Positions 23,019 to 37,330 are shown, counted from the first letter of the stretch. The stretch is DNA of 64,000 nt from Octopus sinensis (GCF_006345805.1 NC_042998.1:87482001-87546000); one strand, 5' to 3'. Numbers and translations are program-made. The notes: a model not told the origin generated them from the sequence alone.

Positions 23019-24159
23019 ATCTGGAAGATATTTAGGTAAGTGATCAATCTAAGTGTCACTTAGCATCCTAGTCTGTTTAGATCAGACAGATCCGTGATCC
23101 AAGGCGGTTCAGTCGCTGTTATCCTATCTTTTATACATACAATGTATTTGGAGGAGATTATCTAATGTGTTCCTTCTTTTGAAGGTATAGTGGCGTAATT
23201 TGAAGATGTGAATATCATTCTTAGCTAGTCAAGCGGTTTTGACGAGTAGGTTGGTGTAAATAGGAGTTTAACACTATTCTATAAATAACCAATATTATTT
23301 ACTTCAAAACTGAAAGAAACCGGCAGTTTAGAATATAACCATACTCAAGTATTATTCGAAGACATTTTTCACGATTTATATTTTTGTCATTTTTCGTTTC
23401 TTTAGCAAAAACTTCATTATTGACATAACTCTGACGACATGATTCATCTCTAATTGTTTAACGCTGTGATTCCCAATGTGCGTTGCTGTAGATTTAAAAA
23501 AAATATAATTCAACACTTTAGAGTGTCTGTGCTATTGCTTGAGTTCTTGAAAAACGTAAAAATCATAAGTTTCGCCTATTTATTACGCATCATCTCATAT
23601 AACATTGGTATACTTACTCTAAGAACTAGTAACATATAAGAACAGTGAAAGGTAGATACCCTGTTTCTTCTTACACGAATTAAATTATGTTTACATAGCC
23701 TTTCTAGATTTTTTAATGTTTCATTTTAATAATCCTTTCAATTACAGAATTAAAGGCATAAGGTCTGAAAGTTTTGAGAAAAAGTTTGTCGATTGCATCG
23801 CCTCTAATGCTTAACTGGTACTAACTTCAACAACCTCAGCGGAATTTGAAATCAGAACGTAAAGACGGACGTAATGCCGCTAAGCATTTTGTTCGGTTTG
23901 CCAGCGATTCTGTCAGTTCACAGCCATATGCTTCATTCTAATAATGAAACCACTTTCTTCAACGCCTCTCCCTTATAAATATATACCTCCATAACATCTC
24001 ATATTCATCCTTCACATTTACTCTATGTTTCTGTTTCTGTTTCTAGTTTTCTCTATTTCTTATTTTTACTTCCCCTTGGCTCTCTCTTCCTTCACCGTTT
24101 TTCGTCAGTTTTATAATACACTTTTTCTTTTTTTCTCTCACCTTCGCACCCAACTCGGG

Positions 24160-24342
<183 letters not shown>

Positions 24343-24600
24343 GCAGACGCTCCATCAGTTACGACGACGAGTATTCCGGTTGAGCCGATCAACCGAACAG
24401 CCTGCTCATGAAGTTAACATACAATGGCTGAGCACTCCACAAACAAGTGTATCCTTAACACAGTTCTAAGAGAGATCCAGCTTGACATAAAAGGTGACAA
24501 GGATGACCTTTTGAAATACAGGTACTACTCATTTTTGCCAACTGAGTGGCTGGGGCAACGGGAAATAAAGTGTCTTGCTCAAGGACACAACGCGTCTCCG
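24343..24600 (-). mobile_element. CORE-type SINE, second family
   Basis: aagtgtcttgctcaaggacacaac is the reverse complement of the CORE-like gttgtgtccttgagcaagacactt. The body matches 10745-10940. Confidence 0.75.
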
Positions 24601-24721
24601 GATAAATACATGTTACCTAAATATAAAACGTATTGTATTATTTACGATACCCATAAGGCGGCGAGCTGACTGAATCATTAGCCCGCCGGTCAAAATGCTA
24701 AGCGGCATTTCGCCCGTCTTT

Positions 24722-26160
24722 ACTTTTCGATTTCGATTAGCAAATCTTTATATTTTCTGAGCTTATCAAATTCTTTTGCCGAGATAATATGATCACAAGG
24801 TATGCTCATGTCAATCAATAAACAGACTTTATTGCTTTGGTCTTTCACAACAATATCTGGTTTATTAGCTTAGATGGTCCGCTGCGTATGTACTGGAAAG
24901 TCCCAAAGAATCGTTGTATTTCTCCCTCAGTTACAGCCTCAAGGTAGTGCTTGTACCATTTGTCAGTAGTTTTGATTTTATAATGCCTACATATTATCCA
25001 GTGCAGGTATTGGCCAACTCTGTCAAGTCTTGATTTATACTCTACAGGTGCTAAAAGCCTACACCCAGCGATTAGGTGGTCCACTGTTTCAATCTTATCG
25101 TTGCAGTATCGGCATTTTGGGCCTACTCCATTTTCATCACATTGGCTTGATAGTTCCGGATTAAAAGCTTTGATCTTGAGCAGCCAAGATAAAATCTTTG
25201 GTCTCTGTCTTTAGCCTTGAGCTCCGTAGCCACTGATGGGTGTACTTCTGGTCTACATCAGCTTATTTGCTACGAACCACAAATTTTCCATGCAGAAGTT
25301 TTTGTTCCCACCTCTCAGCCAACTGTTCAAACGCATTCTCCTTTGCTATTAATTTCACCTTCTTTACAACTATAGTTGCCGAACTTCCATTATGCTGTTC
25401 ACTCTGGGTATTATGCATGAACTCACTAGTAAATTTTTTGCTTTCCTTCATAACAGAATAAAGCTTCTTACGTCTCTCGTGATTTTCAACGAGTTTTAGC
25501 ATCGAGTCGTTAGATGTTTCGAGATATTTGGCCAGTTCAACGGTGGTGTTTTGCAAGAGATTTCAAATTAGACCAAGCCTCGACCTCCTTGAGCTCTGGT
25601 AAGGTAAAGACGATCTGCATCTGCCTTTGGGTGAAGCATGTTATTGCAAGTCAACAGCTTACAAATTTTCCTTTCAATTTACCTTATTTCGCTGATATTT
25701 CAGTTCGACATATCGAAACTATAAATAACTACTGGAACTGCTAACGACTTTATGGTTAACACCTTGTTACGTGCATTTAACTCAGATATTAGGACGGCTC
25801 GAACTCCCTGTAACATTAACTCCCGAATCTTCACTTTCATGCTTGCACGCTGAATGTTAGAGTCCTCATTTATTCCGACGTATTTAAGTTTCTTCCTGTT
25901 CAAGCTCTTTTATAACTCTACCAACATTTGACACCACTGAATGGAAAGTGAATTTGGAACACTCAACTAGACCAAATCGCAATCTGAATGCTTTCACCGT
26001 ATGTAATAATCCTTATCATCTTTGCCATAGAGTTTAAAGTCATCCGTATAAAATAGATGACTTATTTTCCTGTTGCCAATTTTGTACACATACCCTGTTC
26101 TGTCAAGTTTATTTCTAAGGGGTATGAAGGTTATGCAGACAAAAATAGAGGTGAAAGTTA
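24722..26160 (-). mobile_element. R4/Dong-type retrotransposon fragment (RT to RLE), 3' end deleted and fused to a SINE head at 24655-24722
   Basis: SHLFYTDDFKLY, NARNKVLTIKSLAVPVVIYSF, DRLYLTRAQGGRGL, WEQKLLHGKF, ETMDHLIAGC...LHWIICRHY, ANKPDIVVKDQSNKVCLLIDMSIPCD. Same family as 22182. Confidence 0.9.
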
Positions 26161-26404
26161 GTCACCTTAGAAAATGCAGTGATTTATATATATATTGTTT
26201 GTTGTCAGTTCTCCATTAGTCTATTATTATTATCATTATTATTGTTGTTGTTGTTGTTGTTATTATTATTCGTCCGTCTTCATGTTCTGTGTTCAAATTT
26301 TGCTGAGGTCGACCTTGCCTTTCATCCTTTCGGTACCGAGAAATTAAATACCAGTGAAACACTGGGGTCGACGTAATTTCAGGCCGTGTGCCTTTAACAG
26401 AAAG

Positions 26405-26405
26405 G

Positions 26406-26440
<35 letters not shown>

Positions 26441-26466
26441 TAATAATAGTAATAATAATAATAATA

Positions 26467-26521
<55 letters not shown>

Positions 26522-26562
26522 TAATAATAATAATAATAATAATAATGATAATAATAATAATA

Positions 26563-26599
<37 letters not shown>

Positions 26600-26637
26600 T
26601 AATAATAATAATAATAATTATAATAATAATAATAATG
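26405..26637. repeat. Long (AAT)n microsatellite (~230 bp) after a family C SINE (26270-26404)
   Basis: Directly visible. Confidence 0.97.
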
Positions 26638-26639
26638 AT

Positions 26640-27796
26640 TGTGTAGCAATATTGTTTTCTTCATTGCTATCTTCACCGTTTGAGAGAAATATTAAGAATG
26701 ATCTCGTTTGAGATTACAAACATCTTTGACTAGTTTAACGTTGTTGTGTCTACTATTTTGATTGGTTGGCATCTAAGCGCGGTCTGTCTCTCTACTTATT
26801 TCGCGCCACTGGCCAAAGCCAACCAATCACGGCCTTTGGTTAAGGTCCCATTTCCTAGGCTCTGTTGAGTCACCTTACTTGTATATAAGGGAGTGTTTTC
26901 TGTATACTTGCGTCTTTGGTTCCAGTCCTTATAAGGGCTAACCTCTGACCACAGAGCTACTCAACATGTTCCAGTCACAGCGACAGACGATCAGCCACAA
27001 CGACGCTAATGTACACCCGCAACAGAAAACCAATTTCTATCTCCGCCGTCGTCGTCACCATCATTGTACCAACTTCAAGTCGCAATCACCATCGTCCACT
27101 TCAGACATGTACACACCAACTTCACAGATTCAACTCATACTGTTAGTGTGAAAATCTCACCACGGAAAAACAGTTGCAGTATATATATCTGAAAGAATAT
27201 CTATATCAAGAGAAAAATAACCAAGCAAAACATGATATGAAGACGCTATAGCAAACCAAGCGACAGATATAACGTCATCGCCGACATCGTCTCTATCTAC
27301 GAAGATTTAACTTGTACACAAGATAACTACAGATTCAACTCATGCTGTTAGGTGAAAATCTCACCACGGAAAAACAGTTGCAGTATATATATCTGAAAGA
27401 ATATCTATATCAAGAGAAAGATAAGCACAACAAGTGATTCAACTAATCTCAGCTCCGAGACACAACATCTTGATATTGAACTCTTACACTTCGTGTACCT
27501 CATGAATAGTAAATCAATTTCCATCATTAACTCTATGCTCTGTACCTACTATGTCACACGCTTTCACCCTTATTGTATCTGTCACACACACGAACACACA
27601 GACACAAACACGTGTTGCATGCACACACGCACACACGCACTTGCTAGCACTCACAACCTTCTAACATTAACACCATTGTAAATAAAATATTATCTATCTC
27701 TCAAACAGTGGAACAGCTTGTCGTCAATTCATTTATGTTCTTGTGGTACTGCATTGTATTTATGGCTTATAATAATTCGTTAAGAATATGACCACA
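26640..27796 (+). mobile_element. Possible solo LTR with an internal ~97-bp direct duplication
   Basis: Begins TGTG and ends CCACA. Paired CCAAT boxes (26759-26770, 26818-26829), TATATAA at 26882 and AATAAA near 27681. Repeats at 27124-27220 and 27329-27424. No clean TSD found. Confidence 0.4.
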
Positions 27797-27839
27797 ATGC
27801 GACCACGCAGCCATTTATATTTCTTACAATAGTAATAAT

Positions 27840-28359
27840 ATCATTACCAGACAGTTGCCCTCATGGCTTCTGATGTTAACTGACTGGAAGTGTTATCATG
27901 TACATTGTTTTGTCTTGGTATAAAAGATGGGCTACAGCAAATATTCTGCTCAATACCACAGATTTGCTTGTCAGTTGTGTGACCTTAACCAGATACCATG
28001 TGCATCTCTGATCATGAGCAGAAGTAGTGGGGAAGCATCATAGCCATGTATCGAAAGGAATTCTTGGAGGTTTGGATAATTCACCTTTGGAAACATGGGT
28101 GGTTCGTTCAACATCCTTAAACAATCCTTTTCGGGGACATTTGAGCGGGATGGGCTACTCTACTTGAAGAAAATTCTAACTGGGCCCCATTTGCAAGGTC
28201 ATGCGCTGTTTATCTTGATATGAGATCACCATGTGGCGCACATATGGTTGTGATGCATGTGCCTGGTGTACCCTTATCAGACGGGTAGTCATGATGGGTA
28301 TACAGGGCTTCGTATATTTTACCCCAGTATCACTTTGATGGCATGCCCTGCTCTCACTC
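27840..28359 (+). mobile_element. Element D, copy 3, with a small internal deletion and a (GAT)n(AAT)n tail
   Basis: Reverse complement of copies 1 and 2. Confidence 0.85.
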
Positions 28360-28381
28360 GATGATGATTATGATGATGATG

Positions 28382-28453
<72 letters not shown>

Positions 28454-28719
28454 TAATAATAATAATAATAATTTATAAGCGAGGTTTATACATAATAAGA
28501 TTTGTAGCCTATAAGCCTTTCTCGCTTTCTGTCTTTGACCATTTTGAAAGCAGAATTTATCAACATGTCAAAAAAAAAAATAGGTAAAAAAAAAAGAATG
28601 AAGAAGCCAGTTATTTTGAATAAGCGGCATCGCGAAACCCGCTGTAAATAACAGTGAAAAGCTCAGATCTATTTATTTTCATCATTATCTCTACTTTATG
28701 TATTGAATAATTTTCTTTT

Positions 28720-30060
28720 GTTTCTTTTTTCTATACGGTAACACATATGCGCACACGTCCATATAATGGATAAATTCTAAACCAGAAACGTAGCTTTGAT
28801 GAGTGTGAATCCTAAAATGAACTCGCTTAAAATACAAATTTCCGTATTCATAATGTTAAACCTCTTCGTAATCGCAAATAAGACGACAGTTATTAAAATT
28901 GTGGTTTTATTTCGATTAGGAATAATGATCAGCCTTCACCACTTTGGTATGTGGCTATCAAATGACAAATAAATAAATGCATTCCAGCAAGTTAAATGGA
29001 TATGTCAAAACTGGACACTGCTATCTTCAAGGAAATGATACAGTTTGTAGGCGCATTTCAGAATTGAGTGTTGACATCAAGGAAAATGTTATGCCATGAT
29101 CTGCTTCAACATGTGTATTTTCGTTTGTTGAAATAGAGTGGATAAGTCAACAGACATTAGCAATAAAACGCAGCTATTGACAGTTATTCGTTTTATTGAT
29201 GGGGATCAAAGAGGAAAGCAGGCGTTGTTGCAAAGAAATGCCAGGTACTACAAAAGTTGATTTTTTTTTTATATATTTTAAACAATTACCTTGGAAAATG
29301 AAAAATTATCATGGAAAGCCTGTTGATCCCGTTACGAAAAGCTGTATGAAAGGGCTTGCGACACTTGTAATAAAACAAAAAGAAAGAAAATCCAGATGTT
29401 ATTAGAATTCAATGCGTTTTATACAGAAAGGTTTTGACTGCAAAAACATTGGGAGTTGAATTGAAACAAGCTTTTGATGAAGTCGTTGAAAAGGTTAATT
29501 TTATTTAAAACAGGCCAATTAAATACTCATTTCTTTGAGAGACTTTTTATTGATATAGATTCATAGTGCTGATCCTAATTTTTATCTACAGAATTGAGAT
29601 GGCTTGTAAAAGGTAGTGGAAAAGCTTAGCTGTCGCATGAATTATGACATAAGTATCTTGCATTTTTAAAATGAGTTCATAAAAACCACTTTTTGGAAAA
29701 TCGTCAACGCGACCTTTAGATTTCTAGAATGTTTGTCAAGGATATTTCACCACTCTAAAAGCCTGAGCAGAAAAGTACGCAAAGTAAAAACGAAAACATC
29801 TTCACATTTATAGATAAACTAACAATGTTCTAGAAAAAAAAAAAGAAGTAATTAGGAGAAGGAAAGTAGATGATAGCAATTTTGAAATGTTTCCAAAAAC
29901 TCACATGAAGAAAATAAATCCCATCATTTGACAGTTCTCGAAGAGAAATGGAGCTTTTATTTTCCGATATAGAATAATATTATTGGATTCGAGACCTTTT
30001 CACGGAAATTCTAAATATGTTTTATTTGAAAGTTTTTGAAGAAGAATCGGATTCTATATC
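28720..30060 (+). pseudogene. Decayed hAT transposase (Buster/Charlie; ZBED5/SCAND3-like)
   Basis: NDTVCRRISELSVDIKEN (29034), STDISNKTQLLTVIRFID (29147), LKQAFDEVVEKVNFI, TELRWL (29588), NFEMFP. Many frameshifts. Confidence 0.75.
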
Positions 30061-30289
30061 CAGTGATCGTAGACTAGAAATCAAATACGAGGAACTGTCT
30101 CTGGAAATGCTTTGGCTTTCCATAAGAGTTTAGTAGTTAAATAAAGTTTTATCAGTTTTAATTCTTCGTTGACCAACATTAAATGTAATGGGGAGAGAGA
30201 GAGAAAGAGAGAGGGGGAGCGCGTCTGTGTGAGAGAGAAATTTTTCCCGAGGTGGATTTTAGTATTCGGCTGAGTCATTTCCAGTATAT

Positions 30290-31735
30290 TGTCGATTTCA
30301 AATTTTGGCACAAGGCCAGCAACTTCGCGGGAGCTGATAAGTCGATTACATTGATCCTTATCACTCAACTGGCACTTATTTCATCGACTCTGAAAAGATA
30401 ACAGGCGTAGCAGAAGACCTCGGCAGAATTTGAACTTAGAACGTGAAGACGGACGAAATACTGCTAAGCATTTCGCCTGATGTGTTAACGATTCCGCCAG
30501 CCCGCCGCCCTAATTTTCAGTATACAATTAACATTTATTTTATTGAGACACAAACGATCCGATGGAATTTGACTCTGGATGATGAGACAAAATACAGCAA
30601 ATATATCGAGTCAGATGCTTAAACCATTTCTGCTGACTCACCGTCATTCAGCCGTTGAGAGTCTGTGCTAATAAAATATATACTGGTCATACACTGAGGA
30701 GGAGTCAGTCGTCTGCATATTTGTGCTTATGTAAAATATCAATAAAAAGCGGTGAGTTGGCAGAATCGTTAGCACGTCTGCCAAAATGCTTTGCGTTATT
30801 TCTTTCGCCTCTTTAGGTTGTGAGTTTAAACTCGGTCTTTTCTTCCTTCGTGGTCGATAAAATAAAGTATCAGTTAAATACTAGGGTTACTGTTATCGAC
30901 TTGATCCTTCTCTGCAAAATTACTTGCCTTGAATTTTGGTCACTTACACATCATGGAAACCGCTAATAGGTCATATGAGTCTCAGGGCTTAAGGAAAAAC
31001 TATTAATAATAGCTTCAATGTAAGCGATGGAAAAGTAGAAACGTAAATATCTCACAGTATCTGTTTCTAATTTAGGTACCAGGCCAACAATTTTGAGGGG
31101 AAGAGATAGTACTTAACTGGTAATTTATTTTACTAACCTCGAAAGGATGAAAAGTAAAACTGATCTCGGTGGGATTTGAACTCCGAATGTAAAAAAAAAA
31201 AACCGAAATAAATACTGCAAATCGTTTCGTCCGCCGCTCTAACGACTCTAACCAGTATACTACCTTATACCAATTAATGGTTTCAAATTTTGGCACAAAA
31301 CCAGCATTTTTTCTGTTGGGTGGGGTTAGTCAATTACATCAACTGGTACTTATTTTTATTGATCCGAAAGGAGGAAAGGTGAAGTCGACTTCGGCGAAAT
31401 TTGAACAGACGTAAAGAGCCGGAAAGAAATGCCACTGAAATTTTGTTCGACGCGCTAAAGATTCTACCAGCTTGTCGCCGCCCTTACAGTAATTAAGATT
31501 ATTTAATTATGTAAGGCGGCGAACTGGCAGAATCGTTTTCATGACGAGCGAAATGCTGAGTGGGATTTCGTCCGTTTTTATATTCTGAGTTCAAATGCCG
31601 TCGAGCTTGTCTTTGCCTTTCATTCTTTCGAGATTGATAAAATAAGTACCAGTTGAACACTGGGGTCGATGTAATCGACTTAACCCTTTCCTGGAATTGC
31701 TGGTCCTGTGCCAACATATGAAATCAATATTATCA
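30290..31735. mobile_element. Cluster of five family C SINE copies in both orientations (30290-30510 -, 30750-30925 +, 31075-31260 -, 31270-31490 -, 31513-31735 +)
   Basis: Recurrent head (ggcggcgaactggcagaatcg) and core (gcctttcat...gtcgataaaataagtacc). Confidence 0.8.
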
Positions 31736-33578
31736 ATTATGTTCCTCAAACCTTAAGGTTTACTGTTTATCCTATCCCATCACTGCCGATAAAATAAATA
31801 CTAGTTATATACTAGAGACAATCCAACCAGCTCTGTCCTTCCCTTTCGGAAGATGTAAGAAATAAATAATGCTCTCGGTGAGGGTCGTTGGATTGATGAA
31901 ACAGGTGAACGCTAGACTAAACGCGTTGGACTAGTTTAAGGAAAATTACACACACTTTTCCTTAACATTGATTTCAATTCAGAACGTAATTAGCCGAGAC
32001 ATTTTGTTCGACCCTCTAACCATTCTTCCAACCCACTAATAGTTTTCCTTAATATTATAAGACATACAATAGTGGAATCGGTAGAGCGAAAAATAAAAAC
32101 AAAAATTAAAAACGAAACAAAACAAGAAGGCCGTTACGGTTATTAGTTCTGTCACTTCATTTTAAGTCCAAACCCCAACGGATTAGATTTAATCGACTGT
32201 CCTCCTCCCGGTAAATTTATGGTCTTAATACAATGTTAGAAATCAATATTTAAAGACAGATGATGTATGCTTAGATATCTTCGTGAAAAGAACAAATAAA
32301 TTAGTTTGTAAAACATATTTTATAAATTGTTTAGAGTTTATATGCAAAAATTGTCTTGCCATGAAAGAATTTACTCCGCAAGTATTGTCGTTTCTGGTTC
32401 GATTTCACTGCACGGTACTTTAGCTAAAAGTCTTCTACCATTGCTTCGAGTTGACTAAATTCTTGTGAGTGAAACCTGGCAGTCAGAAACTGTATGGAAG
32501 CCCGCCTGAGAAACTGCTCTTACTTTTGAGTTGCAGACTTAATCCGTTGCTTAGTTTAACATCACCGCATGACGCTTGAGTGCTTTTAGCAGAGCCCACT
32601 TTGCTGTAGGCATTCGAACAAGGTTTCTGGTCTGATAATAAGTTCTTCCATTTTTCTGTCTTTCACATAGACTCTGTAAAAAGTTCTGTTCTTTCTTCTC
32701 TAAGATACAATAAAAATATAAGAATGTTTCCTCTTCTGATTAAAATTCTTCTACAAAATTGCTTTGGATGTCATAAACGAGTTATTTTCCTTTGTTTTAT
32801 ACCCTTTTTATATGCTTAGTTATAGAAGATTTTACAGAAAAGCTCCTTAGAATATGCAGTTATACAAGTAGCATGGAGATGGGGGTCAGCAAGGTTGTGG
32901 TTCGTCGTGAACAACGCTTTTAAGGAAAGACACCTTTGGGATTGTTGTAATGGAAATAATTAAGGGCTGCACACTGTAGCTACACCACTGGGTTATACAA
33001 ATTAGAAGAAACTCATTTGGAATATTCAGCTTAGAAATGGTGAAAATATATAAAGCACGAAATTAAGTTGGTATATTTCGAAATGCAAGGTCTAATCTTC
33101 ACTTGAAAAGTAATATTTGAAACAAATTTCTTAATCAAGATTGAACAAAGTAGAATAGCCATCTATATATCATACTTAATGTATATACATCGTTGATTGG
33201 CGAGTTATATAACATCTCTTATGGACGTGCTGTGTTTGCATCTGGCATTCTCTTTAGCCTCTACTGGGATGATTTTCGTCTCTCCCCTTTATACATTGTG
33301 CTTTTAAACACAGCACGTTCATGAAAGACGCTGTCTCGGACGAACATTCCAATAATTTGCCTATCAATGATGCATATATATGACACATAAATTGCTATTT
33401 TACTTTAATACTACCTCAATTGCATATACCGGAATGAACGAAAAGGAATTTTTTTTCTTTTTACCGTGGCTAGAGTGCTAACTGTAAGTCTGTGAGATGA
33501 ATCTGAAGCTTCGATTACTGGCTGAGCTACTTCACTTTTAGCTTTACCTCTTATTTGCACAGTTTACTGCCGCAATCA

Positions 33579-33649
33579 ATAACCTGGAGAGTGATTGACA
33601 TAACCTGGAGAGTGATTGACATAACCTGGAGAGTGATTGACATTACCTG
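33579..33649. repeat. 21-bp tandem repeat, 3 perfect copies plus a partial
   Basis: Unit ataacctggagagtgattgac starts at 33579, 33600 and 33621. Confidence 0.95.
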
Positions 33650-34229
33650 ACTCACTCACATCTTGACGCACGATACGAAGAGAGATCTTTCTGAAAAAAG
33701 AAACAAAACAGAACAAAAAACATGTGAGAAATCCACATGGCCGACACATCTCTGTAACATTACACGAAGAAAGATTCCGCTTGTCGACACACACTTAATA
33801 TGCTGAATGAACAGAGGCTGACTTACTCTTTATAATCTATACCAGCGGAAAATTTGCATACGAGTCTTGAAGAAAAAGGGAATGATAAGAGGTGAGGAAT
33901 CATCTGGTTAGGGTTTGTAGTAAGACAGAAAAAAGCTATTTTGTCGTGGTGGCATACCACAGTCGTACTATGGCCACTTCATCCAATTAGAGCTAGCTGC
34001 GGAAGGATACATGTGGCAACTTCCGTCTAGTCAACCAAATGAAATACAATTCTTATTGCTTCTTGATAGTACGTTTTACATTTCAAAAATAAATTTCAAT
34101 GTTATATATACACCTTGCCTTCTTTACACACGCTGTTACAGGACACTCACATGAAATTAGTGACGATCACCATCGTTACACAGGTGGCCTGTAAAAAGTT
34201 TTAAATTTTTGTTTTATATTTCTATTCAT

Positions 34230-34595
34230 CTTTTACTTGTTCCAGTCATTGGACTACAGTCATGCTGGGGCACAGCCTTAAAAGGTTTAGTCAAACAAAT
34301 CGACCACATTATTTAATTTTCAAGTCCGTAACTTATTCTAACGGTTGTTTTTGCCGAATTACTAAAGTAAACCAATTCTCGCGGGAAAATAACAACACAC
34401 ACACACACACGCACACACACACACACACGATGAGCTTCCACATAGTTTCTGTCAACCAAATTCATTCACAAAGCATTGGGCGGCCCACTGCTATATAGTG
34501 GAAGACAATTGCTTATGGTGCTGCTTTGTAGGACTGAATACGAACCACGTGGTTGTAAAGCAAGCTTCTTAACCACGTAGCAATGACTGCGCCTG
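34230..34595 (-). mobile_element. CORE SINE with internal (CA)n
   Basis: ccaaattcattcacaaagcattgggcggcc...gaagacaattgc...ggactgaatacgaaccacgtggttg is the reverse complement of the CORE SINE head. Confidence 0.75.
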
Positions 34596-37103
34596 GCATA
34601 TTAACTTCAAAAAATATTTTAAATATATTATGATAAATGGCTTGTTAACCACAATCACATAAAAAACGATAAGATCAATAATGATAAGTTACTCTGACCT
34701 GATATTAGGTGTATGAAGATAAGAAAAAAGAAAATGGGAGAGGAGTTAAATCGTAGCAAAGGGTCGTTAAAAAAGTGCTTGCAAAAAAAAGAGGACAATA
34801 GTTAGTAAAACGTTTGAGAAGCGCTGCTCTATATGAGCAAAAACTTGAAAGAAATCAGCCCGGCTTCTTGACACGTGATATGAAGGTAAAACATTCACAG
34901 TAATCTAACGTTACGTTAAGGCTTTATTTTTTATTAACATATAAATATAAGAGGGCGAGATCACTATGATATCTTAAACGACTTAAAATGTGTCTAAAAA
35001 GAAGTAATTGAATTATTCGTAGGAATTCGTACACAGCTTGGAAAGAACGAAATTATTTTCTCGTCGTTGGAAACAGTCTTATTTTCACTGTGCTATTTAA
35101 CAATAGAGATGACACTAAAATTAGTTGACGAGATGTCAGCCAAATTACCACTCACATCTATAAAGATTTTGAACATTGAGAAAAATTGGATTATGGATTT
35201 CGAAGGTATATTTTCTGGAGGTATTTTGAAGATATAAGTTAAAATATACTACTATTACAGCTTGACTACAGATGTTGCGCTTAACATGCGAGTAATTACT
35301 AACAGCTGAAATGTATTTTGGGAAGATGTTCTTTCCTTTCTAATACCTATCATTGTCATTTCGAGATTGTCATTTCAATATATTATTGAAAAGCTATTAT
35401 TTCAGCTAAATACATGTTTTAAAATTGTTCTGAAATAATATTCAAATTTTTTTCTCAAGTAGTGAAATTGGCAATATATCGTAAAGTATAATACCGAAGA
35501 ATACGAATTTTGGTCTTTGCAGAAACGTTTAAGCGCCCTGTTAGGTGCCTTTTGGTATATAGTAACGGTAACGTTATGTTCTGAGTTCAGATGTCATGTT
35601 GATCCTTCTTGGATCAATAAAATAAATACCAGTCAAATATTAGGGCCATTTAATCGACTCTTCCTTTCAAAAGTCTCTGACTTTGTGCTTATGTAGGAAA
35701 GCATTATTTATATGGGTGATGGAATATAATAGTGTTGTGGAGAAGAGCCGAACTAATGTTTAACAATTCAATTAATTCTCTCTTTTTGTCGCCCACTCTC
35801 TTTAAATCTACATCATAGTGCCATTATGTAAAAGGAAACAAAACACCCGAAGCAGTAGAGCGTTGTACTTTCACACTATATAATTCCCTAACTGATAGAT
35901 TTATTTGGCTTCAGCTATCCGGATAGAATAAAAAGTGCAAGGTACTGGTTAGAAGATATGAGCAGTCGACTGTTCTGTCTGCACCCAGAAAGACTTGAAG
36001 CGAAAATCTCATGCTGTTAAATCAATTTTATATATTTGCAGTTACATCAACAAACATTACTCTATGGATCAAAACAAATAGTTACTATTTTACATAATTT
36101 AGGAACGACGCATTCACTAAAATGCGTCTAAATTTGCAAACCAAACAAACATTAAGCCACGCCTATTTCAATCTACTTTCGAACCATTCAGCGACTTACA
36201 TATATGATTCCTTTGGTTGATAAGGAGGAGGTAAAATCAATAAGGGCTAAGATACACCTTTCATCAATGTTACATTCCCTGTTGGTAGATAGACTGGATA
36301 AACAATATTATATTTGATAAACCAAGATAGACAGTGAAAGAGAGGCCACACTGCAAAGAGTTGGTCTGAAAAGTCGACCTAGTCATTGTGGTAGATACAC
36401 AACTTTACACTTACAAAATCAGTTGCCTAGAAACAAAACAGTTTTTGCCAACCCTTTTTCGACATGCGTTACTACTTGTGTTGAAATTCAAAACGTCCTA
36501 CGTACGTTGGAGCTTCTGCAAGCATTGAGGCATCGAGCAAACGCAGCAGCCAATACATATATAGAATTGTTCCTCATCCTTGCGTCATATAAACACTGAC
36601 TCCAACATAGATGCAATGAAAATATGTTTTGTTCATGTACCTCTTTATATTTCATATGTAAGAGAATTTTTACATGGTTTCTAAGTAGTAATCTGTTGGT
36701 TTCAAAAGGATTCAATGAATAGTCATGTCTTAATGTTATCCAAGAAGTAGTCAATAGAAAATATCGCGAATCGATTTCCTGAAGAATAATTACAAATCGT
36801 AGACATTAAACTATGCTTGATAAAGAGAAGTATATATGTTTAAGACCAACAAAACAAGCCGATATAAAACATATGGCAGAATATGAATTGCAGCAGTAAT
36901 GCAAAAATTGAGATAATGTATAACAAACAAAAATACTACTGCATACAAAATATAACAAAACTTCGCATACTGCAATATGACTGAATGAAAGAGAATTCAG
37001 AGAAATAAATGTTTATAAAAATTATTTGGAAAGCTACTGAAGGACACAGTTCATTACACACCATGATGCATATGAAAGAAAACATCACTCGAAATATATA
37101 TAG

Positions 37104-37330
37104 ACTAGCTTAAGGTGACCCGCTCTACGCGCGGGTGAGGTTGTGGTTGCTACTTTCTGTTGCTTCCTTTCTGTTTCTTATCGCCACATTCTCCCTCTTT
37201 GTTTCTCTCTCCTTTCTCTCTCACTTTCCACTCTCTTACTCTTCATTTCTCTCGGACTTTCCCTCGCTTTATCTTGCTCTCTATCTTTATTTATCTATCT
37301 GTCTCCCATTTATAAACAACAAAAGATCTT
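37104..37330 (+). mobile_element. Possible non-autonomous Helitron-like element end (ACTAG plus GC hairpin) with CT-rich body
   Basis: actagc...acccgc-tctacgc-gcgggt at 37104-37136. A similar motif (cacccgcgtgtagcgg) lies next to the Helitron remnant near 56540. Confidence 0.4.

Noticed and set aside
33579-33649. CRISPR-like array
   Set aside because: The units abut with no spacers and the context is eukaryotic.
36488-36754. 88-aa minus-strand ORF in non-repetitive DNA
   Set aside because: No recognisable motif or convincing splice sites. It cannot be told apart from a chance ORF without RNA-seq or a homology search.
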